This document shows positions 60,550 to 64,000 of a stretch of 64,000 nt of DNA, one piece after another. The position numbers and the translations under genes are program-made. The number at the start of each line of letters is the position of its first letter. Within the stretch, counting starts at the first letter, position 1. The DNA is from the human T2T-CHM13v2.0 reference genome, Homo sapiens. The stretch is from assembly GCF_009914755.1 (NCBI RefSeq), contig NC_060927.1. One strand, given 5' to 3'. The notes beneath the pieces were generated by a model, which saw nothing but the letters and a program-made list of their open reading frames with translations, was not told the DNA's origin and did no database searches.

Positions 60550-61500
60550 ATATCATTGTGTTCGAAAGCAAGAGCGATCAAAGAAAACCAGAAGATGCAA
60601 AAAACAGAGAAGAAAACAAAGAAGAGCAATTTCACAAGAAGTAGAACTTATGGAAATGCCGGATGAGATAAATAAACAAAGAAATATGATCTGTCAAGTA
60701 TATCAGGTATAAAACAATTTGTGGAACAAAAACAAGAAAAAAACTTTTCAACTTAAGTGTTTCCATAAACTAAAAATAATAGTTATGATTAAAAGTTGAC
60801 CAGGAAGATCGATTGAAAGAATTCCAAAACATGTAGAAACAGCATAAATGACGGCAATCGCTAGTGAAGAGATGAGCTATTGAAAGCAGACAGGAGAATT
60901 TTAATGTGTATAAAAGGAAATCCTGAAATAAAATTAAAAAGTGATAGAGAGAGGTAATATTTAAACAAATAAAGAAAATTTCTTTTGTTTGAAGAAAGAT
61001 GTATGCCTGAAGATTGAAAAGGTTCCCTGAGTCCCAGAGACGATTAATAAAAAAGGTCATTTATTGAGACATATCCTTGTGAACACTTTGAATTCCAACA
61101 GTAAATAGAAAGTCTTATAAGCTTCTATAAGGAAGTAATTTTCAAAGGAAAGTAAATCTGGCTCATATCTGTCTTCTTTATAATATTAAACTTAGCCAGT
61201 TAATGAAATATTATCTACTGAGACAAAAGGAGAGATATCCAAGTTACTATTCACCCATCAGAGTAAAGGAATGACATTTTCAGAAATACATGGATTCAGA
61301 AACTCTATCAGCAATGTGTTCTGAGGAGAATAATCATGAAAATACAATAACCAAACAACAATTAAATCAGAACTGAGACATCGTAAAAGATTAAAATCAT
61401 AGTGGAGAAATGGTGGTAATGTCTCTGCAATTTATGTAATTGACTCTAAATGGATAATGCTATTATGATTGGGAAATTGTAACAGTGCTTTAAAATAAAG
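60550..61500 (+). mobile_element. Ancient L1 ORF1-like / HAL1 fragment
   Basis: Translation KENFFCLKKDVCLKIEKVP*VPETINKK...RHILV resembles the ORF1 RRM motif ENFP...LQIERAHRVP...RHILV. Confidence 0.6.
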
Positions 61501-61624
61501 TTTCTTTAAAAATTAGACACACTCAGGAAAAGCTTAAAAATAGGTTTCAGTGAAATCCAGGGCCTTGAAACTATGAGGAATGGAAAAGGAGTAAAAGCAT
61601 TTAGCTTTCACATCTAGGATAAGT

Positions 61625-61796
61625 AATATTAAATTTTACAAAAGCTATTTTAATTTCATAGAAAAGTAATTACACATGACAAAACATTTCAACAACATAT
61701 ATAGCCCCAAAATGGTTCAATGTGTAAGACATCAATATTAAGTTAAATATTTCATTTGTCTTGATAACACCACGTATTTAGAAAATTACTATCCAT
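61625..61796 (+). repeat. Copy 1 of ~170-bp diverged direct repeat
   Basis: Aligns with 63558-63725, roughly 85% identical by eye. Confidence 0.9.
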
Positions 61797-62042
61797 AATA
61801 TCCATGATATATTATTATGTGGGGAAAGTAGTTTACAGAATTATATTAGGGAAGTAACTAGTTTACTTCATTTTGTTTTTTAATATCAAATAGCAATACT
61901 ATGCTTAATAATAGAAATATTGGGTTTTCATTACATTCATTACATTTAATTTCACTGTAATTTCATTAGATTGAATCCAAACCATGGGCAAGAGATCTAG
62001 GGATAAAATACAGACATCAAGGAACAACACGTAAGATGCTAC

Positions 62043-62482
62043 TGTATTAGTTTTCTATTGCTACAGTGACAAAGCACTATAAAGTTATTGTTTTAAAACA
62101 ATAGAAATGTTTTCTTTTACATTACTGGAGATCAGAAGTCTAAAATCAAAGTTACATTCCTTCTGGAGTCTTCAGGCTATTTTCTGCTTCTAGAGGCCCC
62201 TTGCATCCTTTGGCTCATAGGCCCTTCCTCCATTTTGAAAGTGTATCACTCCAACCTCTGGTTCTGAGTGATACAACATCATACTTTAATCCTCCTGTCT
62301 CACTTTAATAACCCTTGTGATTACATTGGGACCACCCATATAATCCAGAATAATCTCCACATCTCAAGGTCCTTAACTAAATCACAACTGCAAAGTACTT
62401 TTTGCTACAGAAGTTAATATATTCAAAGGATCCAAACATAAGGATGCAAACATCTTTGGAGGGCTAGTGGCTATTTACTACA
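62043..62482 (-). mobile_element. MLT1C/D-type LTR
   Basis: TGTATTAGTTTTCTATTGCT...GGAGATCAGAAGTCTAAAATCAA...CCCTTGTGATTACATTGGGACCACC...ATAATCCAGAATAATCTCC. Confidence 0.88.
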
Positions 62483-63557
62483 GTTATTAACCACCACATT
62501 GCATCAATACTATAATGTCCATTGGCTGAAAAATCTTAATAAATCTACTAACATTTTCCTACTAGGCCATAAATATGAATACTTTGTACTCAAGATACAG
62601 ATGAGTCAAGATATAGAGTTAGGGCAATGTTTTCAGCTCTAAAACAACAACAAAAGAGCTATCTAGTAGCAATTTTAAAAAACTAATATATTTATACAAT
62701 TTCAAAAAATGAAGAGGAAAAGAAACTAGTTCAGAATATTTTCTGATTATTGTATGTAATAAAAGAAAAAGATAATAAACTATGACACATGTAAATTAAG
62801 TATAAAATCTCCACTCTTAAATTATGAATAACACTGAAAGCCACCTTAATCATGTGAATTACATGCCTAAGTATAATTTGATTGAATATATTATAAATCA
62901 TACAACTTTAAATGTGCCTAAGACTTTTCATTTTGGGGAAATAAAGAGATTCATTTTTACTTAACACATCAATTAAAATTTGTAATTGCCATTATATGTT
63001 AGAATTCCATTAATGGCTAAGCAAATAAATATTTTAATCATAAAATTTAAAATCATAATTAAACTGTGATAAAATATAAAGTTAACTATAGAAGGTTTGA
63101 ATAAAACAAAAAAAAATCTCATCAAGCACTTTGCTTTTGATTATCCTGCTATTGATCTCTTCTATCGGTAAGTACAGTACCTAGAATTTCAGAGTTTTGT
63201 TATTGGAAAGAGATTGGCAGTTGTTCAAGTAAATGGGTTCCCTTTACAAATCAGCAGAATAAAGTAGAATAATTCAGTGATTTATACAAGGTCATAACAC
63301 TAATTAATGTTAAATAATATCTCTAAATATATAGTCTTATAAAGCAGACTTTTTCTGAACACATTGTGAAAACTCATTTTAACACATTAGTGCTATTTTG
63401 TGTCTAAGGGGTTTGAGTAGAGAATTATTTTACTCTGTTATTTTTTTCAAGAGGTTTTACTCTTACATAATAGTTGACTTATATCCTAAAAAATGCTAAC
63501 ATGGCAAGCTTAGTTCACTATCTTTCAGTTCAAAAAAAGTCTATTTACATGCTAAGA

Positions 63558-63725
63558 AATATTAAATTTTACAAGTTATTTTAATTTCATAGAAAATTAA
63601 GTATAGATGACAAAACATTTAAACAACATATATATCCCAAAATTGGTTCAATGTGTAATATCAATGTTAAGTAAAATATTGCATTTGTCTTGATAACATC
63701 ATGTATTTAGAAAATGATTATTCAT
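63558..63725 (+). repeat. Copy 2 of ~170-bp diverged direct repeat
   Basis: Aligns with 61625-61796. Confidence 0.9.
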
Positions 63726-64000
63726 GAGTAAATGTATATTCCATATAAAATGTCTATAGCACTTATTAATTCTTTATGCTTAATGAAATGTCTTATTTCC
63801 TAGATTAAAATGTTGTTTCATCGACTTGTTTTATATTTCACTATGGCAGAATAAAAATGTAAACATTTCAATAACAAATGCTTTTGAAGGAATGCTAAAC
63901 TCATTGGAAGATAATTGCTGTAAGTAATTAAATATCCTCATAACGGGTACCTTCAGCATTATATTTATAATATTTTTGGAATGTCAAAATATATATATAT

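Noticed and set aside
63160-63175. Strong splice donor TCG|GTAAGT
   Set aside because: No convincing paired acceptor or ORF; isolated donors are expected by chance in 64 kb.

Overview
AT-rich, CpG-depleted primate genomic DNA, most likely human given the AluY, L1PA, THE1 and MSTA elements. I can support no cellular protein-coding exon; every long ORF in the track is a decayed L1 ORF1/ORF2, ERV gag or Tigger transposase fragment, or noise. About two-thirds of the window is transposon-derived. The main structure is a four-level nest: MIR > near-full-length L1MA (10696-22491) > gag-only, pol-less ERV1 provirus with a tRNA-Pro PBS and AAAC TSD (17438-22170) > AluY; the same L1 also carries a THE1 solo LTR and a second Alu. 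Observations not explained by repeats include an unidentified retrocopied mRNA 3' end inside an MLT1A LTR (39711-40160), a compound palindrome with perfect 37-bp arms (45653-45804), several smaller fold-back scars, and a ~170-bp direct repeat spaced ~1.9 kb apart (61625/63558). I found no evidence of a new multi-gene system. Repeat subfamily names come from recalled consensus sequences, and boundaries of old repeats are approximate; both need RepeatMasker/Dfam confirmation.
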